Positions 1 through 13,026 of a stretch of 64,000 bases of DNA are shown in pieces. The stretch is from Eledone cirrhosa (lineage: Eukaryota), in contig OZ024746.1 in the NCBI GenBank assembly GCA_964016885.1, forward strand, positions 19,530,001 to 19,594,000, given 5' to 3'. The notes beneath the pieces were generated by a model. That model was given only the letters and a program-made list of their open reading frames with translations. It searched no databases and was not told where the DNA came from. How positions within the stretch are numbered: the first letter of the stretch is position 1; each line of letters starts with the position of its first letter. The position numbers and the translations under genes were made by a program.

Positions 1-154
1 TCACAACAGGACCACACAAAGATCCATTATATCATAAGAAATTTTGAAAAATCTTGTGGTATGCTATCAAAAATATTTAGGTGACATTTAAGGAAAACAA
101 GCGAGCCTAAAATTTCGGTCTCAAGTATAAGTTGATTATTAAGTTTCGGAGGAC

Positions 155-533
155 AGAGAGTTGCTCCAGGTAGAGCCGTTACTTCTCCGAATTGAGAAAT
201 CACAGCTCCGATATTACGGACATGTGGTTAAAATGTCTCAGGAAAGAATCACTGGACACATTTTACAGGCAAAACCCATTGGCAAGAGACCAAGGGGTAG
301 ACCCAGAGATAGACACAGAAAGAGACCCCAGGTAAGATGGTTTAGATAACGTCCATGAGCTCGGCTGGTCCCGCTTGGAGATATAGTTGGATTAATTAAT
401 TGGAGATGGTTACTTTTGATAGGACCCGCTGGAAGGATTGTTTGAAGACTCTGACCCCACGACCCTCTCAGGAATAAGTGGACGAAGAAGAAGAAGAAGA
501 AGAAGAAGAAGAAGAAGAAGAAGAAGAAGAAGA
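155..533 (+). mobile_element. RTE-type LINE 3' end fragment with (GAA)n tail
   Basis: ORF 161-349 EPLLLRIEKSQLRYYGHVVKM...KPIGKRPRGRPR matches the C-terminal LRWxGHV / GxRxRGRP motifs of RTE-like ORF2; followed by (GAA)n. Related copies at about 41125-41392 (+), 37330-37580 (-), 54040-54640 (-). Confidence 0.75.
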
Positions 534-865
534 AAGTTTTTGGACTCTTTTACATCAAGAATGGTGAATCTTGATTTTCTAAAAGCAAGTAGACGGTCAA
601 TGATTTTACATTCAAATGTTCTTCCTGTGTACCCATTACTCAGGAGTGACAGGAAATTTACGACTACATTCTCAGCAATTTTATCTCATCCGTGTTTTTA
701 TTTTTAATTCTTTTGTTTATTTGTTTCTTAGAACGCCGTCATAGATGGGATTGGTTATTATTGCATAAATTAAAAAACACAGAGTTGATTATAACAAATT
801 ATATTCCCACAATTGGTTGAGGATATCAACACTTTCTCGTTTATATATATATATATATATATGCG

Positions 866-1564
866 ATGGAAAAGTATAAGACCCTCATAGAACTGGACAT
901 GAAAGGAATTTGCCCATTATACAGGAGCAAATCATGGAATAGCTTAGATAGGGCTAGACATAAGATAGGGAAGGCCACATCATGGTACGACAACCAGAGA
1001 TATCAGAGTGTCATGTTTGTGGACGCCACTCCTGGGGGGAAATTAGCTAACCAGTGTAGAAAGGCCCTGAGAAAGACCCACTTAAAAATAAAGGTGGTAG
1101 AAAAGCCAGGAACCACCATAAAATCCCTGATCAGCAAAACCTACCCTTTTAAGAAAACCCACTGTACCAATAGGAAATGTATCATATGTAAGGTGAACCC
1201 CCGGATAAACTGTAAAACTAGAAACGTAGTCTATAGCATAAGATGTACAGAGGGTACTTGCAGAAACATGACAACAACATACATAGGTGAGACAGCTCGT
1301 AGCATAGGTGAAAGGATAGACCAACACTGGGGGGAACTAAAAGGACGAAAAAACGGGTCAGTACTATACGAACATGCTAGACAACATGACGGTAACATAG
1401 ACAACATAGAAATTAGAATAATATCTAAACATAGGAATGACCCAGCAGATAGGCAAATCAGAGAGGCCAGTGAAATAGAAATTAGAAGACCAAAGCTAAA
1501 CAGAAAGAATGAGTGGAACAACAACAACACCCAAACAAACAACACTGACCTAAGAGAAGTATAA
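866..1564 (+). pseudogene. C-terminal part of PLE ORF (Zn-knuckle-like linker + GIY-YIG endonuclease); RT domain missing
   Basis: Open 232 codons: CTNRKCIIC...C linker, NVVYSIRC...C...TYIGETARSIGERIDQH...LYEH...REASEIEIRRPKLN is the PLE-type GIY-YIG pattern. The start is only the first ATG after the TA tract. Confidence 0.85.
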
Positions 1565-1826
1565 ATAAGTAAATAAAATAAAATAAAATAAGATAAATAA
1601 ATACATACACAAGCACAATAACAACAAGCACATAAACACACAATAGTCACCCAGCAGACACAACACTAGTCACACAGCAAACATAACACTATACACACAC
1701 GCAAACGCATGCGCAAAGAACACAAAATAAAATAAACAAACAAGCAAATAAATAAATAAATATATAGACAGACTGAATAAAAAATGGCGTAGACATACAA
1801 CACAGCAGGAGGAAAAAATATAACAC

Positions 1827-1864
1827 CATTGACGATGTTGCAGATGTGCAACGAAAGATTTATG
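1827..1864 (+). ncRNA. Degenerate type I hammerhead ribozyme core in the PLE 3' region
   Basis: TTGACGA-T-GTTGCA-GATG-TGCAAC-GAAA-GATTTA: CUGANGA box with C>T change, perfect 6-bp stem II, GAAA box. Confidence 0.6.
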
Positions 1865-2124
1865 TAAACTATATATATGTGTTTGTGTCTATATTGTATC
1901 TGTATTATTTTTGACCGTCGGTCAGTCAATGGCAACATTGAGGACCGAGTAAGTTAGATCGCAGATATAAAAGACAGCGAGAAGCGAAAACCAACCAAAC
2001 AGTGAGTGTGTTCTGTTATTAATTCTGGCAATATTACACAAATATGACCCTCCCCAAGTAGAACAATATTTGTTTCGACACACGATTTCATATAAAAAAC
2101 CTCGCTAAACTAATTCATCGCCAG

Positions 2125-2125
<1 letters not shown>

Positions 2126-2163
<38 letters not shown>

Positions 2164-2200
2164 GTATATATATGTATATATATATATGTATATATGTATG

Positions 2201-2293
<93 letters not shown>

Positions 2294-2313
2294 ATATATA
2301 TATGTATATATAA

Positions 2314-2346
<33 letters not shown>

Positions 2347-2347
2347 G

Positions 2348-2392
<45 letters not shown>

Positions 2393-2403
2393 CACATATA
2401 TAG

Positions 2404-2450
<47 letters not shown>

Positions 2451-2469
2451 CACATATATAGATATATAC

Positions 2470-2564
<95 letters not shown>
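2126..2564. repeat. (TA)n-rich microsatellite, representative of dozens in the window
   Basis: About 440 bp of TA with TG/CA interruptions; source of the YIYI ORF artefacts. Confidence 0.98.
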
Positions 2565-2566
<2 letters not shown>

Positions 2567-2745
2567 AATGATGGTTGGAAAATCACTGACGAAGGACTAT
2601 TTTTCTCATATGTAACCTATGTACAACCACGCAGTATTCTTCTTTCTTCTCATGTTTTATATATATATATATATATATATGATTGTCTGAATATTGCAAA
2701 CGAGAAGTGTTGATATTCTCAACCAATTGTGGGAATATAATTTGT

Positions 2746-2876
<131 letters not shown>

Positions 2877-2877
2877 G

Positions 2878-2902
<25 letters not shown>

Positions 2903-2908
<6 letters not shown>

Positions 2909-3037
2909 ATACTTGGGGAGGGTCATATTTGTGTAATAATATTGCCAATAACAATAATATCCCCAAGTATAACAATATTTGTTTCGACACACGATTTCAT
3001 TTGATATCAAAAACCTCGCAAAACTAATTCATCGCCG

Positions 3038-3038
<1 letters not shown>
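2903..3038 (+). mobile_element. PLE 3'-terminal fragment with short inverted copy, in (TA)n
   Basis: Matches the PLE tail 2040-2125 (ccccaagtataacaatatttgtttcgacacacgatttcat...aaactaattcatcgcc), preceded by inverted ttgttatacttgggga; another piece at 10335-10440. Confidence 0.75.
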
Positions 3039-3097
<59 letters not shown>

Positions 3098-3124
3098 CGT
3101 TGTATGTATATATATATAGCGTGT

Positions 3125-3737
3125 ATATATTTCAATCTCGCCAATGACCCACAGACCAAGCCACATAGGTCGCAAAAGCAAGAGTTTATGGAGAGTCTTG
3201 CAGGAATCAAGGCTCGTTGCTTCGTCCCTGTTCGGTCAACAGGCAATTTCTCTATGCGACTGGATTCAAAGCTCTTGGCACCTTTCTCTCCAGTCCTTTC
3301 TGTCAGCGGCAATTTTGTTCGCAATAACGGAAAGGGATTGCAAGAGTAGTGAGATTTGATTTCAACTTATCCTTATATCGTAGCCATGGTCTACCAACTT
3401 TCCTGGTGCCGCTGCTAAGCTGACCATACATGAGGACTTTTGGAATTCTGTCATCACTCATGCGGATGACATGGCCAGCCCAACAAAGCTGAGATTACAT
3501 AAGGAAAGTTTCAATTCCCCCAATGTTGCATTTGGTTAGGATGTCGGCGTTGGAGATTTTATCTTCTCGTACATAATCACAGATGGATCTCAAACATCCC
3601 TTGTGGAACACATCCAGCTGGTTTATGTGTGACCGCTATGGTGTCCAAGATTCTGATCCATTACGCAAAGTGGTGAGAACAACTGCCTTATACACTTGCA
3701 CTTTCGTATTTAGTTTTACACCCTTTTCATTCCGAAG
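3125..3737 (-). mobile_element. RTE/BovB-like LINE ORF2 C-terminal remnant
   Basis: Minus strand reads ...[29 protein letters not shown]...QLCWAGHVIRMSDDRIPKVLMYGQL..GTRKVGRP with stops. Confidence 0.8.
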
Positions 3738-3755
3738 ATGATGATTAAGTTTACC

Positions 3756-3868
<113 letters not shown>

Positions 3869-4343
3869 CATATATATACAGTGGCGGACTGGCCTCGGTT
3901 GTTCACCCCTTCCTTTACATTTTCTTTAATATTTCAACATTAAAATAATATATCCTTAAAAAAAAAAAATGTCGTGAAATAAAGATGATAACATCTTTGA
4001 AACTTCTAAAAAAAAAAATAAAAAAAATTTAAATTAGCTATTTGGTAAAATATAGAACTGGCACCACTGTGCCTACTGATTTAGAAGTCAACCTTAAGTA
4101 GGAGTAATAACATTAAGAAAGATACGGACGACACCACAGCACTTTGTTTTAAAAATTTTGAAAGTAGGTTTATAAGTATTAGTTTTCATATGTTAGTAGT
4201 TGTCTCTTTGGCCTAGCGGTAGGTACTAGAGACGGCGGAGATCCTAGTCTTGGGTTCAATGTTGGTCAAGAGGTTATAATATATATATATATATTATATC
4301 AAATGAGTCTTGCTACTCTGGACTTCCATTCTGATTCACAGGG

Positions 4344-4423
<80 letters not shown>

Positions 4424-5321
4424 GAGAGGTATAGAGATTGTTTTAGCGAGAAGCTAACAGCATTCTATAACATATATGCGACTATAACGTCAAGATGGGA
4501 AAAGTAGTTAACGTAAGATTTAGGAAAAATAATTCATATCATATATATATATTCATATCATATATATATATATATAAATAATTCATATATATATTCATAT
4601 CATATATATATATATATATATCTAAATAATTCATATCATATATATATATATATATATATATGCACGTATGTGTATGTAAGAGTGTGCATGTGGGCGTGTG
4701 TATGTTGTATGTAGGTTTATCTACATATCTCTCAGTAAACATCTAATACAGACAATCAATAAGTTCCTTTTCCTTTTATAGTTTATTATTATTGTTATTG
4801 TTGCTGCTGCTGTTGTTGTTGTTGTTGTTACTGAAAACACATAAATAGTCGGATGTCCTGAAGTAGTTTCCTCTGATGTTCTTTGCAAAAGCATTCTTAA
4901 TGTCTGAAATCGAGGAAATAGACAAACAAACTTACACACATACACACCCACACCCACACACACAATCTCACACACACATTCACACACTAACACACACACA
5001 CTCACAAATATACAGACATACCAGACACACACACACTCACATACATATACTCACACATACACACAAACACACATACTCACACATATACACACACAGACAC
5101 AAACACAGGCACACACACATAGAGAAATACAGACACACACACACGCACACACACATACACACATACACACACACACATACACACACAGACACAGTCATAT
5201 ACACACGCATACACTCACATACACATACACACACAGACGCACACACAGATACACACACAGACACAAATACATACAAACACACACATACAGAGAAATACAG
5301 ACACACACACACCCACACACC

Positions 5322-5360
<39 letters not shown>

Positions 5361-5724
5361 GTACACATACACATAAAAAAGGGAAGATGAAAAAGAAGAA
5401 ACAACAACAAACAACAAAGAAATGAAGGATAGAAACATTTTTTACAATGTTCTTTAGATATTTAATAGCTTCAGAAGTTTGTTATGGTAGCATTGGTGTG
5501 TCTTTGGGTCGTAAAGAAATATATATATGCACTATACTTTCTCTTTATATCTCTTGTTCTTTGTTTTATTATTGCCAACTGCAACATATTTCGGTATAGA
5601 GAATAAAACGATGAGAAGTAAGTGTTGGTAAAAATAAAAGTGTCACCATACTAATGGAATTTCTTTGTCATCGACTGCCGTTGATAGCTGATAACAAATG
5701 GCTTCAAATGGATTCCTTATGTCT

Positions 5725-5816
<92 letters not shown>

Positions 5817-5817
<1 letters not shown>

Positions 5818-5982
5818 CGAAGGAAATGTGGTAAGGAACCAGGTGGACCATAACGCACCAAAGTACTCAATATTTAGGGTAATTAGAGTGGGTAATAGGA
5901 ACAAGTAAGACACCGACGGCTAATTCTGGACTGAATTAGCCGTCGAAACGGCTTGAGCTCAGCCGTCAGGGTCTTACTTGTT

Positions 5983-5985
<3 letters not shown>
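5817..5985 (-). mobile_element. TA-embedded fold-back element, family B
   Basis: (TA)n on both sides; terminus acgaaggaaatgtggtaaggaaccaggtggacc shared with 11671, 21621 and 35325; inverted arm aggaacaagtaagac/gtcttacttgttcct. Confidence 0.8.
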
Positions 5986-6029
<44 letters not shown>

Positions 6030-6119
6030 TATATATATATATATATACCGTTTAACCTATGCTAGCGTGGAAAAACGGACGTAAAACGGTGATGATGATG
6101 ATGATGATATATATATATC

Positions 6120-6203
<84 letters not shown>

Positions 6204-6252
6204 TACTGTACTGCATGATCACCGAAATAAAACAACAACTCAAGTCTGAAAG

Positions 6253-6328
<76 letters not shown>

Positions 6329-6380
6329 GATATATATTTACATACACACATATTTATATATATATATATATATATATATA

Positions 6381-6561
6381 GATGAGATTCTACAGGACTA
6401 GAACTGTTTCATTCTTTAGAAATCATCAGGATTCCTGATGATTTCTAAAGAATGAAACAGTTCTAGTCCTGTAGAATCTCATCTATATTAAAATTTTTAT
6501 ACTCTGCAATGTATTGAGTACCTTACTTACTGTGGTTACCTCCGATTCAACCCGGAATAAC

Positions 6562-6562
<1 letters not shown>
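6381..6562 (+). mobile_element. TA-embedded fold-back element, family A (PLE pLTR-like)
   Basis: About 50-bp perfect inverted repeat 6381-6430/6433-6484 plus tail ending ggaataacg, (TA)n on both sides. Confidence 0.85.
6429..6479 (+). ncRNA. Type I hammerhead ribozyme, family A
   Basis: ggattc-CTGATGA-tttctaaagaat-GAA-ACAG-ttctagtc-CTGT-A-gaatct: stem I 6 bp, stem II TTCT/AGAA, stem III ACAG/CTGT, GUA cleavage triplet (6471-6473). Confidence 0.75.
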
Positions 6563-6640
<78 letters not shown>

Positions 6641-6796
6641 TGTGTGTGTGTGTGTGTGTGTGTGTTGCTATATGAGGAGCCCACTAAACCTCAATGTCTA
6701 AATCTGGTCGTGCACAAATCCCACTGTATTATATTGACACACCCAACTCTCCATCCTTTACTGACTCACTCTATCCACCCAGTCACCCCTTCATTA

Positions 6797-8166
6797 TCTT
6801 TATATATTCCTCTACTCGGTACCACAGACCATTCTCTTTATATATTCCTCTACTCGGTACCACAGACCATTCTCTTTATATATTCCTCTACTCGGTATTA
6901 CAGACCATTCTCTTTATATATTCCTCTACTCGGTATTACAGACCATTCTATTTATATATTCCTCTACTCGGTACCACAGACCATTCTCTTTATATATTCC
7001 TCTACTCGGTACCACAGACCATTCTCTTTATATATTCCTCTACTCGGTACCACAGACCATTCTCTTTATATATTCCTCTATTCGGTACTACAGACCATTC
7101 TCTTTATATATTCCTCTACTCGGTATTACAGACCATTCTCTTTATATATTCCTCTACTCGGTATTACAGACCATTCTCTTTATATATTCCTCTACTCGGT
7201 ACCACAGACCATTCTCTTTATATATTCCTCTACTCGGTACCACAGACCATTCTCTTTATATATTCCTCTACTCGGTACCACAGACCATTCTCTTTATATA
7301 TTCCTCTATTCGGTACTACAGACCATTCTCTTTATATATTCCTCTACTCGGTATTACAGACCATTCTCTTTATATATTCCTCTACTCGGAATTACAGACC
7401 ATTCTCTTTATATATTCCTCTACTCGGTACCACAGACCATTCTCTTTATATATTCCTCTACTCGGTACCACAGACCATTCTCTTTATATATTCCTCTATT
7501 CGGTACTACAGACCATTCTCTTTATATATTCCTCTACTCGGTATTACAGACCATTCTCTTTATATATTCCTCCACTCGGTACTACAGACCATTCTCTTTA
7601 TATATTCCTCTACTCGGTATTACAGACCATTCTCTTTATATATTCCTCTACTCGGTACCACAGACCATTCTCTTTATATATTCCTCTACTCGGTATTACA
7701 GACCATTCTCTTTATATATTCCTCCACTCGGTACTACAGACCATTCTCTTTATATATTCCTCTACTCGGTATTACAGACCATTCTCTTTATATATTCCTC
7801 TATTCGGTACTACAGACCATTCTCTTTATATATTCCTCTACTCGGTATTACAGACCATTCTCTTTATATATTCCTCCACTCGGTACTACAGACCATTCTC
7901 TTTATATATTCCTCCACTCGGTACTACAGACCATTCTCTTTATATATTCCTCTACTCGGTATTACAGACCATTCTCTTTATATATTCCTCTACTCGGTAC
8001 CACAGACCATTCTCTTTATATATTCCTCTACTCGGTACCACAGACCATTCTCTTTATATATTCCTCTACTCGGTACTACAGACCATTCTCTTTATATATT
8101 CCTCTACTCGGTACTACAGACCATTCTCTTTATATATTCCTCTACTCGGTACTACAGACCATTCTC
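6797..8166. repeat. 38-bp minisatellite, about 36 copies
   Basis: Unit ctttatatattcctctactcggta(c/t)(c/t)acagaccattct; period 38 checked between copies (6821, 6859, 6897...). Confidence 0.97.
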
Positions 8167-8607
8167 AACTCAACTTTTGAAATGTTCTAAGAGAAATATC
8201 TTCTCTTCTCCCGGAATTCTACCGAAATGTCTTCTATTTGCATGGATCACTGTTTTTTAGTATATTATATCTCTAATGGCACACACACACACACACACAT
8301 ATATACACATATACACACACTCACATACACATATACACACGCTCACACACATATACACATACACATATACACACATACACATATACACACACATACACAT
8401 ACATATACACATACACACACACATACACATATACACACATACACATACACATATACACACACACACTCACACACACATATATACATACACATATACACAC
8501 ATACACACACTCTCACATGCACGCATAAAAACTCACTCTGACAGACACACACTGTTATCATACACAAACACATTCACACATGCACGCACACTTACATAGG
8601 CACACAT

Positions 8608-8654
<47 letters not shown>

Positions 8655-9102
8655 CACTGATAATATACTGAGACACACACACAAACATACTTACACAAGC
8701 ACAAACACACCCTTACATAAACACACACACACACACACATATATACGTACATATGCACTGATAATACGGTCACACACACATACATACCATTATGGAGAAA
8801 ATATACACCACTCCAATACACATACCCACACATACTCACAAAAACAACATGCACACACACAAACTGCACCAGATCAACACAGCAGCACCATAGACCCAGA
8901 CGCTCCACCACCTCTCCTGCTCATACCCCTACACACCGGCCCACCTCACTCATCCTGATAAATATATTTTTCTCTCAGATTTCCAACTTTCCCTTTCTCC
9001 TGACAGATGAAGGACTAACGCCCGATACGTTGAGACATTCTTTTTCTTTTCCCACAAGAGTGAAACTAATATGACTTTCTGTATTTGCCTTTTTTCATTT
9101 TT

Positions 9103-9166
<64 letters not shown>

Positions 9167-9529
9167 GTTGCTCGCACTTTCTTCAGTTTGTTGTTTCCCG
9201 ATTTTTTTCGTTTTTTGGGGGGTTTTTTTTCGCTGTTTTTCTCTTTTCTCTCTTTTTTCCCCTTTTCCCTTCTGTTATCCCATATTTTCCTCCCTCCCTC
9301 CTCCGTTTTCCCAATAACTTACCCAGTTATTGAACGCTCTGGGGGGTAGATATATTGTCTTTAAAGCGTTGCAATATCCGAGCCCCCCCCCCCAATAGAC
9401 AACTGATGAGGAAAACTACCCCCCACCCCGTTCTTGCTTTCTTCTTATTCTTATTCTTATTTTTAAGCCTACCTTAACTAGCAATTATACAGCCAATCCT
9501 ACTTTCTCTCTCTCTCTCTCTCTCTCTCC

Positions 9530-9566
<37 letters not shown>

Positions 9567-9783
9567 AAATATTAAACAAATAATGAATAAACAATGAAAA
9601 CAGTTCCTTATATTAAACAAAAAAAGTTCATTATTTAACGATCGTTTCTAGGATATATATGTGTTAGAATTGGCATGCATATTTAACAGATCTATGTACA
9701 AAATTATACAAAATTATACAAACTATCAAGATCAAATATACATACCAACACATATATACGCCGTCTTCAGAAATAGATTTATC

Positions 9784-9855
<72 letters not shown>

Positions 9856-9894
9856 ATATATTATATATATATATATACATATGTATATATATCT

Positions 9895-10003
9895 AAGGAC
9901 AGACACTGGTCTGTTGGAGACGCAGGACATGGCAGCGATAATGAGGGACAGAGACCGCTGGAGAGAACTCGTCCATGGATCTCGGGAATTTTACCCGCCT
10001 TAG
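9895..10003 (+). mobile_element. RTE-like LINE 3' terminal fragment
   Basis: Reverse complement of 21656-21760 ([31 protein letters not shown]). Confidence 0.65.
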
Positions 10004-10438
10004 ATGAGAGATATATTATATATATATACATATGTATATATATCTATATATCTATCTATATATATATATACATATGTATATATATCTATCTATCATCTGG
10101 AGATGAGGGTTGCACATTTTTTTCGGGGGTCTGTGTTACCCATATAAACTGTCTCCCTCTATTGGGGAAAATCGACTAACTTTTAAATTCCATCTGTGAT
10201 AACATTTTACACGTTTTTATTGTATGTAAACTTCCCCCTTTGTATTTGTCCCCTTCTTTTGTGCCCCTGTGGCTAATAAAGAAATATATCTATATATATA
10301 TATATATATATATATGCGTATGTGTGTGTGTGTGGAGATATAAAAGATATAGAAGCGAAAACCAACCAAACAGTGAGTGTGTTCTGTTATTATTTCTGGC
10401 AATATTATTACAACAATATGACCCTCCCCAAGTATAAC

Positions 10439-10536
<98 letters not shown>

Positions 10537-10619
10537 CGTTATTCCGGGTTGAATCGGAGGTAACCACAGTAAGTAAGGTACTCAATACATTGCAGAGTAT
10601 AAAAGTTTTAATGTAGATG

Positions 10620-10670
10620 AGATTCTACAGGACTAGAACTGTTTCATTCTTTAGAAATCATCAGGAATCT
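10620..10670 (-). ncRNA. Type I hammerhead ribozyme, family A (minus strand)
   Basis: Reverse complement reads agattc-CTGATGA-tttctaaagaat-GAAACAG-ttctagtc-CTGTA-gaatct with perfect stem I. Confidence 0.78.
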
Positions 10671-11472
10671 GGGTATCAAAAAATAAATATGGTATTTATA
10701 GGTCTCTACAAGTGGTAGGAGAGGGTGGGGTGTGGGATGGGTGTAGGTCATTGGTTGATAGAAAAGGGAATTCATTAAAAGCTAATTCTACAAAGCTATA
10801 GTTTATTTTTATTAATTTTATTTATTTTTGTTTTTAGAGTAACAAAGGCAGACAGAGTTCTATAAACAGGTTCCGGATGGCATACCATTCCTTGTCATTA
10901 AGTTTCTCTTAAGCTAACAGATGTCTATAAGATCAGTGGGGGGTCAGTCATGGTAGATATAATTAAAGGAAAGGGAGATTCTTTAAAAGCTAAATTCATT
11001 AAGGTTCTACTAAGTGACAAAGGTTTAGAGAATTCTGTAGACAGATTCAAAATACTGAGTGCATATCTTACAATTATCTTCGAACTTCTCTTAAACTAAT
11101 CAACTATATGCCAAAAATCAACAGACACATTCACAAAAAAAAAAACACACTCACTCACACACTCGCGCGCAACCATAAAGAATCTCCCTTTCCTTTAATT
11201 ATATCTACCATGACTGACCCCCCACTTAGCTTAAGAGAAACTTAATGACAAGGAATGGTATGCCATCCGGAACCTGTTTATAGAATTCTGTCTGCCTTTG
11301 TTACTCTAAAAACAAAAATAAATAAAATTAATAAAAATAAACTATAGCTTTGTAGAATTAGCTTTTAATGAATTCCTTTTTCTATCAACCAATGACCTAC
11401 ACCCATCCCATACCCCACCCTCTCCTACCACTTGTAGAGACCTATAAATACCATATTTATTTTTTGATACCC

Positions 11473-11523
11473 AGATTCCTGATGATTTCTAAAGAATGAA
11501 ACAGTTCTAGTCCTGTAGAATCT
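11473..11523 (+). ncRNA. Type I hammerhead ribozyme, family A
   Basis: agattc-CTGATGA(11479)-...-GAAACAG-...-CTGTA(GUA 11515-11517)-gaatct; all three stems present. Confidence 0.78.
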
Positions 11524-11537
11524 CATCTATATTAAAA

Positions 11538-11600
<63 letters not shown>

Positions 11601-11670
11601 GGAAGTTCTGCATAATCGAAGCTCTGGCTGCAGCTGCTAACGAATGCAATATATATATATAATATATATA

Positions 11671-11901
11671 ACGAAGGAAATGTGGTAAGGAACCAGGTGG
11701 ACCATAACGCACCAAAGTACTCAATACTTAGGGTAGTAGAGTGGATAATAGGAACGAGTAGGACCCCGACGGCTGAGCTCAAGCCGTTTCGACGGCTAAT
11801 TCTGGACTAAATGAACATTTTTATCCTGGATAAAATTTTTTATTTAGTCCAGAATTAGCCGTCGAAACGGCTTGAGCTCAGCCGTCGGGGTCCTACTCGT
11901 T

Positions 11902-11904
<3 letters not shown>
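11671..11904 (-). mobile_element. TA-embedded fold-back element, family B
   Basis: About 65-bp inverted arms 11748-11812/11842-11906; each arm has GAAACGGC-TTGAGCTCA-GCCGTC, which looks like the 3' half of a hammerhead. Confidence 0.82.
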
Positions 11905-11966
<62 letters not shown>

Positions 11967-12147
11967 TATGGAAAACCCAACGGAGAGACGGACAGTCCTA
12001 TCTCTCCAATCAATCTCTGGAAATCACTACAGTTTCGGTTATAAAGGTTGATAACATTCATTCCAGTGCACAATGAGCCATAACAAAACAGGTAAAGACA
12101 AAGACAGGACAAGTTATACCTTAGGTAAATCACACATATATTATAAA

Positions 12148-12490
12148 CTAGCGTAGTACCGCCAAACATGACAGGGTGTACAATAAAAATATATTGAGGG
12201 TGTCTTAATGTTATTGAAATTTACTGAAATTTTGTGAATAGGCATCACATCTTGTTATTTACCCATGGTTTAAATTTCATATAAATCGAATGGAAAAAAT
12301 TTTCAGCGGGGGTTTTGTGCCCATGAGGAACCCTTTGATTAAAATGAAATATACTTATCTAAGTAGCCTAGGCACTGTAGTTTCAGAATATATATGGTTA
12401 TGGGGTCTATCTCCCAAACCATATGAGTAGTTCGTGAACAAACAAACAAACAAACAGACAGGAATACAACTTTATATATAGAGAGAGAGA
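12148..12490 (-). mobile_element. Non-autonomous Helitron-like element
   Basis: Minus strand starts TC..TCTATATATAAAG followed by (GTTT)n and ends ...cggtactacgCTAG|T. Confidence 0.65.
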
Positions 12491-12752
12491 TTCCTTGTTT
12501 ACAACATTCTACGTGAAGACGCTTGAATCATCGAATTATACATGACCTTCCTAATCCTCTTTTTACTCCCGTTTCTTCTTCGTTCTTGTATTGTCCCTAA
12601 CGTTAGGTTGTCCGACGCTCTACCGTACTGCCAATCCACCGCTCTAAACCCAATCAATAAGGGTTTCTGATTTACACAAGACCAACAATTGTAAGGGAGG
12701 GGGGAAGTCGATTAAATCGATCCCAATCCGATGCTCTACCAATACTAACGAC

Positions 12753-13026
12753 CAAGGGCCTTGTTTCAGGGGCCTTGTGTGTCCCCCCCCCCCTCCCAAT
12801 TTTTAAAACGTCTATGTTTTATTTTTTGTTTATTTGATACAATAAATTCTTTTTAATCTTATTTTTTTATATCTGAACTTCATTTAAATATATAAAATTT
12901 AATTAGCGTAAAATTTTACTTATGTGATAGGGTCCTGGAAAGGCACCATAAGCAATTTATGCTCCTTTAAGAATCAACAAATGTTGGTTAGTCCCCCTCA
13001 CATTTTAAAGGCAAACGAGGCCCCTG
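12753..13026. mobile_element. hAT-like MITE
   Basis: Imperfect TIRs caagggccttgttt / aaacgaggcccctg; flanking 8-mers ctaacgac / ctaacaaa as a decayed TSD. Confidence 0.5.

Larger units (their letters stand above)
863..2125 (+). mobile_element. 5'-truncated Penelope-like retroelement (PLE): RT-thumb/linker, GIY-YIG endonuclease and 3' pLTR-like tail, between (TA)n tracts
   Basis: (TA)n at 842-862 and from 2126. Encodes a Cys-rich linker followed by a GIY-YIG motif; the non-coding tail contains a degenerate hammerhead core (1827-1864) and a terminus shared with other TA-embedded elements. Confidence 0.85.
10537..11540 (-). mobile_element. TA-embedded family A element, long form, with about 370-bp inverted arms
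   Basis: Arms about 10605-10985 and 11177-11540 are reverse complements (one short indel), spacer about 190 bp; left end cgttattccgggttgaatcgg is the family A terminus. Confidence 0.88.

Noticed and set aside
6644-8260. 538-aa and 498-aa ORFs
   Set aside because: Produced by a stop-free 38-bp tandem unit that is not a multiple of 3; no domain features.
9404-9420. CTGATGAG hammerhead-like box; similar isolated boxes at 2586, 4873 and 49741
   Set aside because: No convincing stem II plus GAAA plus stem I combination.
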